Shown here: positions 17,181-27,956 of the stretch, one piece after another
Position numbering within the stretch: position 1 is the first letter of the stretch
How the letters are laid out: each line of letters opens with the position of its first letter
DNA from: Candidatus Tayloriibacteriota bacterium
GTDB taxonomy: Bacteria > Patescibacteriota > Minisyncoccia > Phycocordibacterales > PALSA-1337
Reading direction: 5' to 3'
DNA length: 64,000 nt
Assembly: GCA_943354385.1 (NCBI GenBank)
Contig: CALRBR010000003.1
Span: 1,926-65,925, forward strand
Made by a program: the position numbers and the translations under genes
Notes under the pieces: model-generated
What the model was told of the DNA's origin: nothing
Databases searched by the model: none
Seen by the model: only the letters and a program-made list of their open reading frames with translations

Positions 17181-18602
17181 ATGGAACAAGGCACGATTAC
17201 TACTCCGGAGCAGATTTCTCCGACTATTTTTATCATCTGTGGCGTGACGGGAGACCTCGCTCAGAGGAAGCTTTTACCTGCTTTATTGAGTTTGTATACA
17301 AAGAAGCTACTACCGAAAAAGTTTAAAATTGTTGGATTTTCAAGGCGCGAATTTACTGATGCTGACTTCAGGCTATTTCTTAAAGAAGAAATGCATATCA
17401 AACGAGATGTGTATCGTCCAGAGGATATTCATCATTTCTTAAATAATGTAGTTTATCAGCAAGGACAATTTGATTCTCAGGTAGCTTACGAGAACCTATC
17501 AAAAAGACTAGCTCAAATAGACGATTTAGAATTTAAGCAATGTTCAAATAAACTTTTCCATTTGTCTGTGGCACCTTCTTTTTATGAGACTATTCTGGGA
17601 CAACTTTCAAAATCCGGTCTCACCATACCTTGTGGAGGGAATCTCGGCTGGACACGTATTCTAGTGGAAAAACCATTTGGTAATGACATTGAAACTGCCC
17701 AAAAGCTAGATGCTTTGCTCGGAACTTTATTTAAGGAAGAACAGATCTTCCGAATAGATCATTATTTTGCAAAAGAGGCCCTTCAAAATATCCTAGCATT
17801 TCGTTTTTCTAACTCTCTGTTTGAGCCATTGTGGAATAATCAGCATATTGAATGTGTCCACATTCAACTTTTGGAAAAAATAGGTATTGAGGGACGGGGA
17901 AATTTTTACGATAGTATTGGTGCACTCAAGGATGTTGGACAAAGTCATATTCTTGCTATGCTGGCACAACTTGTTATGAATGAACCTGCTTCTTTTGATG
18001 CGCACAATATCCGTAAAGAACGGGCTAATGTGTTAAAAAATATTAGACCAATTACTTCTAGAAATATCCGTGAGTCGGCAGTACGAGCACAGTATGTTGG
18101 ATATACAGAAGAACCAGGAGTATCTAAGTCTTCTAATACCGAAACCTATTTTCAAATTCAGACTTATATTGATTCCAAGGTTTGGAAGGGTGTAACCTTT
18201 TATCTTGAAAGTGGGAAAGCTCTATCGGAAAATAAAACTGAAATTTCCATATATTTTAAGGACAAAACAAAGCAAAATAAACCCAATATTTTATCTCTGA
18301 GAATACAACCCGATGAAGCTATTAAAATACGTTTTTGGGTAAAAAAGCCTGGATTCGGTATGCAAACTGAACCCAAAACTCTTGATTTTCATTATCGCGA
18401 TTTTCATGCTCCACAGTCAATTCCTGATGCATATGAAAGAGTTTTGTACGATGCCATTTTAGGTGACCAAACACTTTTCACTAGTACCGACGAAATAAAA
18501 TATGCTTGGAAGTTTATAACTCCCATTATTGATTCCTGGAAGACATTACCTCTGGAAAGATATCAAAAGGGAAGCAAGAGACCTAACTTGAATACACTAT
18601 GA
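17181..18602 (+). CDS. zwf: Glucose-6-phosphate 1-dehydrogenase
   Basis: 473 aa. NADP-binding GVTGDLAQRKLLPAL. Active-site region RIDHYFAKEALQNILAFRFSN. Confidence 0.9.
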   Translation: MEQGTITTPEQISPTIFIICGVTGDLAQRKLLPALLSLYTKKLLPKKFKIVGFSRREFTDADFRLFLKEEMHIKRDVYRPEDIHHFLNNVVYQQGQFDSQVAYENLSKRLAQIDDLEFKQCSNKLFHLSVAPSFYETILGQLSKSGLTIPCGGNLGWTRILVEKPFGNDIETAQKLDALLGTLFKEEQIFRIDHYFAKEALQNILAFRFSNSLFEPLWNNQHIECVHIQLLEKIGIEGRGNFYDSIGALKDVGQSHILAMLAQLVMNEPASFDAHNIRKERANVLKNIRPITSRNIRESAVRAQYVGYTEEPGVSKSSNTETYFQIQTYIDSKVWKGVTFYLESGKALSENKTEISIYFKDKTKQNKPNILSLRIQPDEAIKIRFWVKKPGFGMQTEPKTLDFHYRDFHAPQSIPDAYERVLYDAILGDQTLFTSTDEIKYAWKFITPIIDSWKTLPLERYQKGSKRPNLNTL

Positions 18603-19693
18603 TGAAAAAATTAAAACTTGATGGGGTATTTTTAATTAGTATTATAGTACTTGCGATTACTGGTTTTTTTATTTTTACATCGGCCTCACTTGGATTACTT
18701 GCCAGGAATGGTCCTCAGTTTAACTCTATTGCCTCCACACAAGCTATTGGATTGATCCTTGGATTTATCTGTATGGCAGTAACTGCGCATGTAAACTATC
18801 GTGAGTGGAGAAAGTATGCTTTTTATATATTTCTAGCAACAATTTTTATAAACCTACTAATTTTTATCCCTGGACTAGGAATTGAGCATGGCGGGGCAAA
18901 AAGATGGTTAGATATTGGACCAATTTCGTTTCAGCCATCCGAGTTACTGAAAATAGGATTCATTATTTATTTTGCAGCCTGGCTATCTGGTATAAAGGAA
19001 AAAATTTCTCAATTTAGATATGGACTTTTACCACTTTTAATAATTGTTGCAATTCTTGGACCAATCCTATACCTACAGACAGACACAAAGACGATTGTCA
19101 TTGTCTTTATTTCAGGTATAGCAATGCTCTTGGTTGGCGGTGCAAAATGGAAGGATATCATTATTCTCGGCCTCGTATCTCTAGTCGCACTTAGTGCCGT
19201 GGCTTATAGTCGTCCATATATACGAGACCGATTAGAGACTTTTATTAATCCAGCTCTAAATCCACAAGGTTCGGGTTATCAAATACAGCAGTCACTCATC
19301 GCTATTGGTTCGGGGCAAATGTTCGGTAGAGGTTTTGGACAAAGTGTACAGAAATTCAATTTTCTGCCTGAGCCTGTCGGGGACTCTATTTTTGCGGTGC
19401 AAGCGGAGGAGTTTGGTTTTGTGGGTAGTCTTTCATTAGTAGGTTTATTTTTATTCTTTGCTTTTAGAGCTCTAAAGATTGCGTCAAGATCTGCCGATCA
19501 ATTTGGTGGACTATTGGTGGTTGGAATTGTTATACTGGTGATATCCGAGTCGTTTATGAACATTGCATCGATGCTCGGCGTAATACCTCTTTCCGGAATG
19601 CCCCTACTTTTTGTGAGTCATGGTGGTACGGCACTACTTCTTGTCCTTGCTGAAGTTGGTATTATTCTCAATGTTTCAAAATATCAAAAATAA
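18599..19693 (+). CDS. ftsW: SEDS-family peptidoglycan glycosyltransferase (FtsW/RodA)
   Basis: 364 aa with about 10 TM helices. Conserved SEDS motifs (PSELLKIGFIIYFAAWL, GDSIFAVQAEEFGFVG). Its start overlaps the zwf stop by 4 nt. Confidence 0.85.
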   Translation: MMKKLKLDGVFLISIIVLAITGFFIFTSASLGLLARNGPQFNSIASTQAIGLILGFICMAVTAHVNYREWRKYAFYIFLATIFINLLIFIPGLGIEHGGAKRWLDIGPISFQPSELLKIGFIIYFAAWLSGIKEKISQFRYGLLPLLIIVAILGPILYLQTDTKTIVIVFISGIAMLLVGGAKWKDIIILGLVSLVALSAVAYSRPYIRDRLETFINPALNPQGSGYQIQQSLIAIGSGQMFGRGFGQSVQKFNFLPEPVGDSIFAVQAEEFGFVGSLSLVGLFLFFAFRALKIASRSADQFGGLLVVGIVILVISESFMNIASMLGVIPLSGMPLLFVSHGGTALLLVLAEVGIILNVSKYQK

Positions 19694-19702
19694 TTATCTG
19701 CT

Positions 19703-20830
19703 ATGAAAATATTACTAACTGGTGGTGGCACAGGCGGACATTTTTACCCAATCATTGCAATTGCGACAGCCATCCGAGCTGTTGCTCGGGAGGAGAAGGT
19801 TATCGCACCGCAAATTTATTATATGGCGGAGACTCGGTACGATAGCCGAGTACTTTTTGATAACGAAATTATTTTTGTACCTGTTTCTGCTGGCAAAATA
19901 CGAAATTATTTTTCCATATTAAATTTTTTTGATTTATTTAAAACAGCTTGGGGAGCGATCCGGGCAACTATAGATATGTTTAGTATTTACCCAGATGTGG
20001 TGTTTGGAAAGGGTGGGTATGTCAGCTTCCCAGCTCTTTTCGCAGCACGAATCTTGCGTATACCAGTAATTATTCACGAGTCTGATAGTACTCCAGGTAA
20101 GGTCAATAAATGGGCGAGTAAATTTGCACAGAAAATCGCTGTGTCCTACAAAGAGGCTGCGGACGATTTTCCACCAGGTAAAGTGGCGTTTACTGGTAAC
20201 CCAATTCGTTCTGAATTGATTACGCCACTCAAAAACGGTGCGCATGAATTTCTTAAACTTGATCCAGATATACCGACATTACTTATTATTGGGGGCTCGC
20301 AGGGCTCACAAATAATTAACGATACGATTCTAGACATTTTACCTAGCTTGATTGAAAAATATCAGGTTATACATCAGACAGGTAAAAATAATTTTACAGA
20401 TGTATCTGGTCGAGCAAGTATAATTCTACAAAAAAACCCGATGAAGGAACGATATCATCCATATGATTATTTGAATGTTTTAGCGATGCGTATGGTGGCT
20501 GGTATTGCGGAGCTGGCCATATCTCGTGCGGGCTCAACTGTTTTTGAAATTGCTTGTTGGGGTATTCCATCTATTTTGATACCTATTGAGAAATCAAACG
20601 GGGATCATCAGCGTAAAAATGCTTTTAGTTATGCTCGTGAGGGTGGTGCGGTAGTACTCGAAGAGCCAAATTTAACCCCCCATGTACTTTTGGGTGAGAT
20701 TACAAGACTCATGGATAGCAAGCAAATACGTGAAAGAATGTCTCTGAGTGCTAAGTCTTTCGCACATATAGATTCTGCAGTAATTATCGCAAAAGAGATA
20801 GTTTCTATCGCGCTAAGGCACGAAAACTGA
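19703..20830 (+). CDS. murG: UDP-N-acetylglucosamine--N-acetylmuramyl-(pentapeptide) pyrophosphoryl-undecaprenol N-acetylglucosamine transferase
   Basis: 375 aa. N-terminal MKILLTGGGTGGHFYP and GT28 C-terminal domain. Confidence 0.9.
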   Translation: MKILLTGGGTGGHFYPIIAIATAIRAVAREEKVIAPQIYYMAETRYDSRVLFDNEIIFVPVSAGKIRNYFSILNFFDLFKTAWGAIRATIDMFSIYPDVVFGKGGYVSFPALFAARILRIPVIIHESDSTPGKVNKWASKFAQKIAVSYKEAADDFPPGKVAFTGNPIRSELITPLKNGAHEFLKLDPDIPTLLIIGGSQGSQIINDTILDILPSLIEKYQVIHQTGKNNFTDVSGRASIILQKNPMKERYHPYDYLNVLAMRMVAGIAELAISRAGSTVFEIACWGIPSILIPIEKSNGDHQRKNAFSYAREGGAVVLEEPNLTPHVLLGEITRLMDSKQIRERMSLSAKSFAHIDSAVIIAKEIVSIALRHEN

Positions 20831-20882
20831 TTATATGCTATACTATCTCTAGTAGGTTTTACTAAGCATTTTTATTAATTAT

Positions 20883-21392
20883 ATGGATACATTCAATACA
20901 CAACCTTCTCCTCTGGGAGAAAACAATAATGTTCAGTATATTTGGGTAATCGGAGGACTTGTTTTAATCGTTCTTATTTTTGTTGGATACCGTATGTACA
21001 ATAAAAATGGCACTTCTAGTGCAGGTACAGATAGTTATAACCAAGAAAGGTCACTAGAAAACATGACTGAAGCCACAGGAGATCTTGAAGTTGAAAATCA
21101 ACTTCCAGGTGACATGATTTATATTTCATCTGTTACCTTGTCACACCAGGGTTTTGTGGAGATCTCAATCACCAAAGGAACAAGTGCAGGTAGGGTAATA
21201 GGATCAAAAGGTTTCCCAGAAGGTAATAACCCTGGACAAATCTCCGTTTCTGAAAGGACTTCGGAAGGTCAGACATACGCTGCTGTTCTATATGCAGACG
21301 ATGGAGATGGAAAGCTTGATGCTACAAAAGACCGAGTACTTGTCAAAAAGACCTTCAGAGCTACCAAGTATCTTGATTATATAAAGGGATAA
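20883..21392 (+). CDS. Hypothetical membrane-anchored protein
   Basis: 169 aa with one TM helix (IWVIGGLVLIVLIFVGY). No family recognised. Confidence 0.5.
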   Translation: MDTFNTQPSPLGENNNVQYIWVIGGLVLIVLIFVGYRMYNKNGTSSAGTDSYNQERSLENMTEATGDLEVENQLPGDMIYISSVTLSHQGFVEISITKGTSAGRVIGSKGFPEGNNPGQISVSERTSEGQTYAAVLYADDGDGKLDATKDRVLVKKTFRATKYLDYIKG

Positions 21393-21424
21393 TCTTTTTC
21401 ATCATAGTAGGAAAGTGACGAAAC

Positions 21425-21452
21425 AAAAAATCGCCTTTCGTGGCGATTTTTT
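21425..21452 (+). terminator. Rho-independent terminator (AAAAAATCGCC-tttcgt-GGCGATTTTTT)
   Basis: Perfect stem plus U-tract after the hypothetical gene. The stem sequence is shared with the terminator at 49462. Confidence 0.7.
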
Positions 21453-21477
21453 GTTTCAAATATGTTATACTAAAAAA

Positions 21478-22836
21478 ATGTCGCTATCAAAAGTTATTAC
21501 TCGTTTTCCACCATCACCGACAGGTTTTTTACACCTAGGTCGTGCTCGTACGGCTCTTTTTAACTATATATTTGCTAAACAGAGCAAAGGCGAAATGGTA
21601 CTCAGATTTGAAGATACTGATTCTGATCGATCAAAAAAAGAGTTTGAAAATGATATGACTGAGTGTCTAAGCTGGCTCGGGATTAAGTATGATGTGGGAC
21701 CATTTTGGCAATCTAAGCGAACAGATATATACAAAAAATATCTCAAAAAAATGATTGATGACGGCTTTGCTTATTTATCAAAAGAAGATCCGACTGAAGC
21801 TGATAGGGCAGAGGGTAGAACCAGAACTGAAGTAATTCGTTTTAAAAATCCCAATAAAAAAATTACGTTTACTGATCTTATTCGGGGCGATATTACATTT
21901 GATACGACAGATTTAAAAGATTTTGTGATTGCCAGGTCTGTGAATGAGCCACTCTACCACCTGGCCGTTGTTGTTGATGACTATGAGATGGGCATTACTC
22001 ACATTATTCGTGGGGAAGACGGCATCTCAAATACACCTCGTCAAATTCTCATACAAGAAGCAATAGGTGCAGGAAGACCTCTATATGCACATTTACCACT
22101 TATTCTCGCAAAGGACAAGAGTAAATTGTCAGGTAGACACGGAGCTGTTTCTGTAAAAGAATATAGGGAAAAAGGTTATCTGCCTGATGCATTGATCAAC
22201 TACCTAGCTCTTTTGGGTTGGAACCCTGGTACTGAGCAGGAAATCTTTAGTCTAGGTGACCTAATCAGAGAATTTAAAATCGAGGGCATCAATAAAGCTG
22301 GGGCTATTTTCAATGATGAGAAATTACAGTGGACGAATAAAGAATATATTAGAAAAATCCCTTTGGTAGAGCAGACGAAACTACTTACTAAATGGGCGCC
22401 GGGACTCATTTCATTAAACACAGAAACTTTGACAAAACTAACACCACTTGTGTTTGAACGTATTAGTATTTTTGGAGAAATTACCCAAATGTTTAATGAT
22501 GGAGAATTCGATTATTTACTAAGTGCACCAACATACGCACCGGAGGTTCTACTCTGGAAAGGGAAGTCAACGACCGAGGAAGTATCTGCGTATCTCTCAA
22601 AATCTATTGAATTACTTTCTTCTGTTTCAGATCAGACATTTGACAGGGTTGTGGTAAAGGAGGCTATTTGGACATATGCCGAAAGTGTTGGTAGGGGACA
22701 GCTTCTATGGCCTATGCGCTACGCACTTTCTGGGCGAGAAAAGTCGCCAGATCCTTTTATCCTTTCAGAATTACTCGGCAAAACAGAGACCCTTAAAAGA
22801 CTCACTCATGCTCGAGATCTTCTTCTCAAAAAATAA
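21478..22836 (+). CDS. gltX: Glutamyl-tRNA synthetase
   Basis: Class I HIGH motif (PSPTGFLHLGRARTA) and KMSKS-type motif (KLSGRHGA). The start is taken at the ATG at 21478, after the terminator, rather than the track start at 21415. Confidence 0.9.
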   Translation: MSLSKVITRFPPSPTGFLHLGRARTALFNYIFAKQSKGEMVLRFEDTDSDRSKKEFENDMTECLSWLGIKYDVGPFWQSKRTDIYKKYLKKMIDDGFAYLSKEDPTEADRAEGRTRTEVIRFKNPNKKITFTDLIRGDITFDTTDLKDFVIARSVNEPLYHLAVVVDDYEMGITHIIRGEDGISNTPRQILIQEAIGAGRPLYAHLPLILAKDKSKLSGRHGAVSVKEYREKGYLPDALINYLALLGWNPGTEQEIFSLGDLIREFKIEGINKAGAIFNDEKLQWTNKEYIRKIPLVEQTKLLTKWAPGLISLNTETLTKLTPLVFERISIFGEITQMFNDGEFDYLLSAPTYAPEVLLWKGKSTTEEVSAYLSKSIELLSSVSDQTFDRVVVKEAIWTYAESVGRGQLLWPMRYALSGREKSPDPFILSELLGKTETLKRLTHARDLLLKK

Positions 22837-24127
22837 AACTGTAACTAGAAATAACGCGATTAGCACTATTTATCTTATTGCGTTGTTGTTTGTTTTTTCT
22901 ATATTGTTACCGGCAGAAGCTCAGGGTACTAAATCAGTAGACGAACTCAGAGTATCTATTATAGAAACTCAAAATAAGCGAGCCGATCTCGAACGAGAAA
23001 TTGCCCGTTTTCAGGAACAAATAGACATTCTCGGTAAAAGTGCCAATACCCTTGCCAACACAATCAAGTCACTAGATTTATCGAGAAAAAAAATTGAAGC
23101 AACGATCTCCTTAACCGAGAATAAAATTAAATTAACAAATCTAGATATACAAAGATTGGGTGTCCAGATTGGTCTAAAGAGGGATGCGATTACCGAGGAT
23201 AAAGAAATCATAGCTAAAACATTTCGGGGTGTACATAAAAAGGAATCAACAAGTCTTATGGAGATACTTCTTTCTACAGAATCGATTTCTGGTGTTTCTG
23301 ATGATGTGTATTCCTTGCTTAAAGTACAGGAGGGGATTGCTCTGGTAGTAGAAAACCTGGAAAAAGCAAAGCAAGGACTCGAAACTAACAAAAAAGAGAC
23401 AGAGGGAAAGAAAAAGCATTTGGTAGTCCTGCGTATTGAGCTTAGAGACCAAGTACGAGTGCTTGAAGAAAGTAAAAAAGAAAAAAATAAACTTTTAGCA
23501 GAAACAAAAAATCAGGAGTCCATTTATAAAAGTCTCCTCGCGGAAAAAGAAGCTAAACACGATCAATTTGAGAGGGAATTGTTCCAATACGAATCTGAAC
23601 TTCGCATCGCAATCAATTTAAACGATATACCGTCTGTTGGTTTAAAAGTACTCAAATGGCCTTTAGATAAAGTATTTGTCACCCAATATTATGGAGATAC
23701 ACCCTTTTCTAAAGAATATAATGCATACAACGGCAAGGGACACAACGGCATAGACCTAAGAGCTTCTGTTGGTACAAAGGTAAAAAGTGCACTCGGTGGG
23801 GTAGTCAAAGGTACAGGAAATACAGATGCTGCGAAAAGTTGCTATTCTTATGGTAAATGGGTACTAATTGAACATGCAAATGGCCTTTCTACGGTGTATG
23901 GGCACCTATCTTATATTAGTGTACAGGCAGGTCAATTGGTGGCGACCGGTGATACTATCGGCTATAGCGGTAATACTGGGTATTCATTTGGACCCCATTT
24001 ACACTTAGGTGTGTTCGCTACCGAGGGTGTTCGAATTACCCGAAATCTCAAAAGTAAATACTGCAGTACAGTCGATATGCCGAGTGTCAGTATTAACGCA
24101 TACCTAAACCCACTTTCGTATCTTTAA
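22808..24127 (+). CDS. M23-family peptidase with N-terminal signal peptide and long coiled-coil region
   Basis: M23 LytM motifs HNGIDLRA..GTKV and GHLSYISVQAGQLVATGDTIGYSGNTG..GPHLHLGV. Signal peptide IYLIALLFVFSILLPAEAQG. The start is uncertain; the ATG at 22808 overlaps the gltX end. Confidence 0.8.
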   Translation: MLEIFFSKNKTVTRNNAISTIYLIALLFVFSILLPAEAQGTKSVDELRVSIIETQNKRADLEREIARFQEQIDILGKSANTLANTIKSLDLSRKKIEATISLTENKIKLTNLDIQRLGVQIGLKRDAITEDKEIIAKTFRGVHKKESTSLMEILLSTESISGVSDDVYSLLKVQEGIALVVENLEKAKQGLETNKKETEGKKKHLVVLRIELRDQVRVLEESKKEKNKLLAETKNQESIYKSLLAEKEAKHDQFERELFQYESELRIAINLNDIPSVGLKVLKWPLDKVFVTQYYGDTPFSKEYNAYNGKGHNGIDLRASVGTKVKSALGGVVKGTGNTDAAKSCYSYGKWVLIEHANGLSTVYGHLSYISVQAGQLVATGDTIGYSGNTGYSFGPHLHLGVFATEGVRITRNLKSKYCSTVDMPSVSINAYLNPLSYL

Positions 24128-24175
24128 TTCGTTTTTTAGATGCGATGAACATTGTTCACAGTTGCGATCTAGTAT

Positions 24176-24535
24176 TTGAGGTTTGAGTCTAGTATTATAG
24201 GTCATATGGTACACACACATAGTGTTCAAAAAAAGGGTTTTATCAAACTAATTATAATTATTGTTATTGGTTTAATTGTACTCGGTTATTTCGGGTTTGA
24301 TATAAAAAAAATTATTGATTCGCCGACGGTAAGCAAAAATTTGACCTATACCAAAGATTTAGTGGTAGGTGTATACCAAAAGTATCTTGCAAGACCAATT
24401 GACTATCTTTGGAACAATTTTTTTTTAAATCTTTTGTGGTCAGGATTTATAGATAACCTAGAGCGCATTAAAAATAATAAGCCCTCGGATATCTATAAGT
24501 ACGCACCCAGAGCTCTACCATTCCCAGTCACTTGA
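24176..24535 (+). CDS. Hypothetical small membrane protein
   Basis: 119 aa with one TM helix. No family recognised. Alternative start at 24206. Confidence 0.4.
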   Translation: MRFESSIIGHMVHTHSVQKKGFIKLIIIIVIGLIVLGYFGFDIKKIIDSPTVSKNLTYTKDLVVGVYQKYLARPIDYLWNNFFLNLLWSGFIDNLERIKNNKPSDIYKYAPRALPFPVT

Positions 24536-24800
24536 GTTCAGGAGACCATAACGCAGTCATGCAAAGTAACGAGAACACCGAGAGGGGCCTTTACTATCAC
24601 TTGGACGTAAGGAGTATATATGTCTAAAAGATATATTGTGCGACATCTTTACTTTGGGAACTATTAGGTGTTTAAAACCTCGGGCACTACCTTCCCTAGC
24701 AATACATTTGGATGCCCTAATCTAGGTTGGGACAAGTTTGTAATTTCCTTGTAAATCATATTTGCAATTATATCTCAGAACACATTACATACTTACAATA

Positions 24801-24832
24801 AAATACACCGGCCATAAGTGGCCGGTGTATTT
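24801..24832. terminator. Bidirectional terminator hairpin (AAATACACCGGCC-ataagt-GGCCGGTGTATTT)
   Basis: 13-bp stem flanked by A- and T-tracts. Lies 3' of both the plus-strand hypothetical gene and the minus-strand SLT-like gene. Confidence 0.65.
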
Positions 24833-24842
24833 TATTGTTACT

Positions 24843-25313
24843 TTATCTTACCGCTATTTGGGCACTTACTTTCTTTCCCCAACATGGAGATGAAGCTGAC
24901 CAAGGGGCTGTCCCCTTTTTGTCATAGAGGTACTTTCCATATGCAAGATTACCTTCCACAGAGTAAATATTGTAACCAAGCTTTTTTGCTGGCTCTGCGT
25001 GATAATACTCATTGATCTGCATGAGTCCAACATCGGCTGGGTTTTCAATTCCACGCATGACCTTACCGTTCTTAGTGAACTGAGTAAAGGTTGATTCACA
25101 ACGAGATACTTCTGCGAGAATTGGTGTGTCTTTATAGTACTCACGAACATACGTTTTAATATCAGCAATAGTTGCTCGCTTTTCAGTAAGCATCTGTTCT
25201 TTTGCAATTATTTCAGCTTTTGTCTGTATCGGAGCAGTAGAGTCCAGAGTTGCTGGAGACCCCGCATAGACGGCAGACATAAGCATCATTAGACTTGTAG
25301 TTAATTCAATCAT
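24843..25313 (-). CDS. Secreted lytic transglycosylase-like (SLT domain) protein
   Basis: 156 aa. Signal peptide. Catalytic-Glu region CESTF and GLMQIN resemble the SLT/GEWL ES...GLMQ signature. Confidence 0.5.
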   Translation of the reverse strand: MIELTTSLMMLMSAVYAGSPATLDSTAPIQTKAEIIAKEQMLTEKRATIADIKTYVREYYKDTPILAEVSRCESTFTQFTKNGKVMRGIENPADVGLMQINEYYHAEPAKKLGYNIYSVEGNLAYGKYLYDKKGTAPWSASSPCWGKKVSAQIAVR

Positions 25314-25531
25314 AAAGGTTTAAAATGAAAACACCAGACCGAAATCTGATGTGTATCCATTATAGCACCTTCCTTTACTTTTGTCAATGATTTACAATAT
25401 AAAAATGGCTGTGTCAAACACCAGAAAATAGCCTAGAATAAGACTAAAATGCTTGACAACACCCCTAAAACGTCGTACATAGTATAGCGCTCGTTTAGGA
25501 ATAGATTCTTGAAGTTTTTGGTTAAAAATGA

Positions 25532-26437
25532 CTACTTTGAAATGCCTAATCTATCCGCGTAAATCTGCTCACATTTGTCACTACAAAAGGCTTCTCCTGA
25601 GCTTGCGAGGCAATTTTTACAGCTGATAAAGTGCCTGTGACACATTATGTAGGCACAGTTTACATAATTTTCAGAAGATGAGGCGCATCGTAAGCACTTA
25701 CCTACAATCGTGCGCTTTTCGTCTGGTGTGAATGTCATTCCTACACGATTATCAAAAACATAAAGCTTTCCCTGAAAATCATCGTTCTTATACTTTTCCA
25801 TATAACTCACAATACCGCCGTCGAGCTGGTATACATCTTTGAAACCTTGCTTTACGAGATAGCCAGAAGCCTTTTCACAACGGACGCCACCAGTACAGAC
25901 AGTTAAAACAGTTTTTTCTTTAAGAGGTTCAAGAGTCGGTAATACCTTAGGTAGATCACGAAAATTTTCAAGAGGAGGTAAAATAGAATCTTTAAAATGA
26001 CCGATCGCATGCTCATAATCATTTCTCATGTCTACTATCTCAAACTCCTTACCTTCCGCGAGCCATTTATGAAGCTCCTCAGGGGGCAGATGTTTACCCG
26101 TCACTTCTGTTGGGCTAAAATTTTGTTCGCCAAGACCAAGTGTAACTATTTCGTCTCTGACCTTAATTGAAAGCTTCGAGAAGGCCTTCCCTGTTCCCTC
26201 ACTTTTCTTTATATGAGTATCTGTAAATCGAGAGTCTCTTAAAAGATGCCTAATGTATAGATCAATATTTGAATCGGTACCCTCAAATGTCATGTTAATA
26301 CCCTCATGAGCAATAATACCTCGTCCAGTTAGACGAAGTTTGGCGCATATAGCCTTTTGAGTACCCATAAGCGCTATGGGATCTTCTACATATGTATATT
26401 TATAAAATAAAATAATTGTGTGGTCAGATTCAATCAT
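25532..26437 (-). CDS. trhO: tRNA uridine(34) hydroxylase (rhodanese-domain protein TrhO/YceA)
   Basis: 301 aa. UPF0176 N-terminus (ILFYKY..LMGTQ..AHEGIN). Rhodanese active-site loop CTGGVRCEKA. C-terminal Cys cluster. Confidence 0.85.
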   Translation of the reverse strand: MIESDHTIILFYKYTYVEDPIALMGTQKAICAKLRLTGRGIIAHEGINMTFEGTDSNIDLYIRHLLRDSRFTDTHIKKSEGTGKAFSKLSIKVRDEIVTLGLGEQNFSPTEVTGKHLPPEELHKWLAEGKEFEIVDMRNDYEHAIGHFKDSILPPLENFRDLPKVLPTLEPLKEKTVLTVCTGGVRCEKASGYLVKQGFKDVYQLDGGIVSYMEKYKNDDFQGKLYVFDNRVGMTFTPDEKRTIVGKCLRCASSSENYVNCAYIMCHRHFISCKNCLASSGEAFCSDKCEQIYADRLGISK

Positions 26438-26461
26438 AGCAAAAGTACTATAGCATTTTCC

Positions 26462-27463
26462 TTATCTTTTCGGAATGGTTTCAAGAATCTTCTCTAGTCT
26501 TTTGAAAAGGGTGAGTCTGCTTGACTCAGTGATTTGTATTTCCCTATTTCTTACATCTAATAGTTTTGAAATCTCGTCATGAGGATTTTGTACCGAACTA
26601 AACGCTTCAAAAAGATTCTTTTTTAATACTATAAGGCTCGCATGCAAACTTAGTCTTATTACGCGAGGAGAAACACCCTCCATACAGTCATTTTTTGCAG
26701 TAGCTAAGGATTTCGAAGTAATGTCCTCAAAACCAGAAAGGTTCTTGCTAATCTTCTTTTGGTATATATCTATCGCATCCCTGGCACCGAGACTTACTGA
26801 GTCTGTTGACAGATCTGCCTTTTTTCTCGATTCATTTATTACCATCATAATTTCTGTTTGTAGTGCACTCAGCTGAGTGTACGATGTTGAAGTAGCTAGT
26901 GAATTTTTTAATCTGGTAAAATATGTCCCAATTTGTTCATCACTAAGATTTCTATTTCGCTCAACTTTCTTTTCTCGAAACAATTTTTCTGCCGAAATAG
27001 TTCTCGCCTGTTTTTCAAATAAATCTGCTATCTTTATCTTCGCATCACCTACTCTCTTAGTTAGGAGCTCTGAATAGGTTGAAAGTTTTGAACAAAATGT
27101 CTTTTTGTCATTACCCGGAAGAGTATTTATCGTGTCTTCAATTTTCACCAAATGATTAGTAGTAATATCTGGTATACTCGAGGTCGCAAAAGTATCATCA
27201 CGCGCTACAGACGATTCGAAGGAATTTACTTGTAAAACTGTTGCTATCAAAAACTCGAAATCTGAGCGAGCTTTCCTAGATAACAATGGCTCATCGATTT
27301 GTGGTATTGAAGAGGCTGTGGATATGACATTACTTAAAATCGATGGCAGAGCAACAACATCTTTTTTCGAATAAAAGATAATTAGAGACAAAATAATCAG
27401 GACAGCAAAACCAAATGTTATATGCGTGGTGGAAATTGAGCGTTTTATTTTTCTTGAAATCAT
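26462..27463 (-). CDS. Hypothetical membrane-anchored coiled-coil protein
   Basis: N-terminal TM helix then coiled-coil composition. Start chosen at MISRK (27463), because the track start at 27517 would overlap the upstream gene by 44 nt. Confidence 0.5.
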   Translation of the reverse strand: MISRKIKRSISTTHITFGFAVLIILSLIIFYSKKDVVALPSILSNVISTASSIPQIDEPLLSRKARSDFEFLIATVLQVNSFESSVARDDTFATSSIPDITTNHLVKIEDTINTLPGNDKKTFCSKLSTYSELLTKRVGDAKIKIADLFEKQARTISAEKLFREKKVERNRNLSDEQIGTYFTRLKNSLATSTSYTQLSALQTEIMMVINESRKKADLSTDSVSLGARDAIDIYQKKISKNLSGFEDITSKSLATAKNDCMEGVSPRVIRLSLHASLIVLKKNLFEAFSSVQNPHDEISKLLDVRNREIQITESSRLTLFKRLEKILETIPKR

Positions 27464-27473
27464 ACAAACAAGG

Positions 27474-27956
27474 TTAGAGAACAAAAACGAGGAATGTGAC
27501 CAGAAATGAAATCGCAAGTATGCAATTTATTACCATTCCTACAAAAGTACCAATGAGGCTACCCGTAGCAGCTTTTAAGGCCAAGTTTTGATTGCGATGC
27601 GCCATAAATTCTGCAATTAGGACTCCACCAAATAGTCCTAGGAGGCCACCAAGTGGAAAAAAGAGCACCGTACCGACAATAATGCCGACAAAACCATAGA
27701 TGATAGATTTTTTTGAGGCTCCTCCATACTTTGCACCAACAATGCCAGACAGTGTATCTACCAGCATCGAAAGAAGCACGATCCCGGCAAGTATAGCTAA
27801 TCCTGTTAGGGATATATGGACAAACCCATCAAACAAAGCAAATGCTGATGCAACAAAAAGCATATACCAGAGTGCTGGAAAGGCAGGGATGAATACCAAA
27901 AAGATTGCTGGCACAAGCAGTAGGGATGATATGATAAGAAAAATTGAGTAGTACAT
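27474..27956 (-). CDS. DUF456-like small membrane protein, continuous in frame with the upstream def reading frame
   Basis: About 160 aa from MYYSIFLI. 4 TM helices with GAKYGGASKK and GGLLGLFGGVLIAEF, typical of DUF456. No stop codon separates it from the def-derived frame. Confidence 0.55.
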   Translation of the reverse strand: MYYSIFLIISSLLLVPAIFLVFIPAFPALWYMLFVASAFALFDGFVHISLTGLAILAGIVLLSMLVDTLSGIVGAKYGGASKKSIIYGFVGIIVGTVLFFPLGGLLGLFGGVLIAEFMAHRNQNLALKAATGSLIGTFVGMVINCILAISFLVTFLVFVL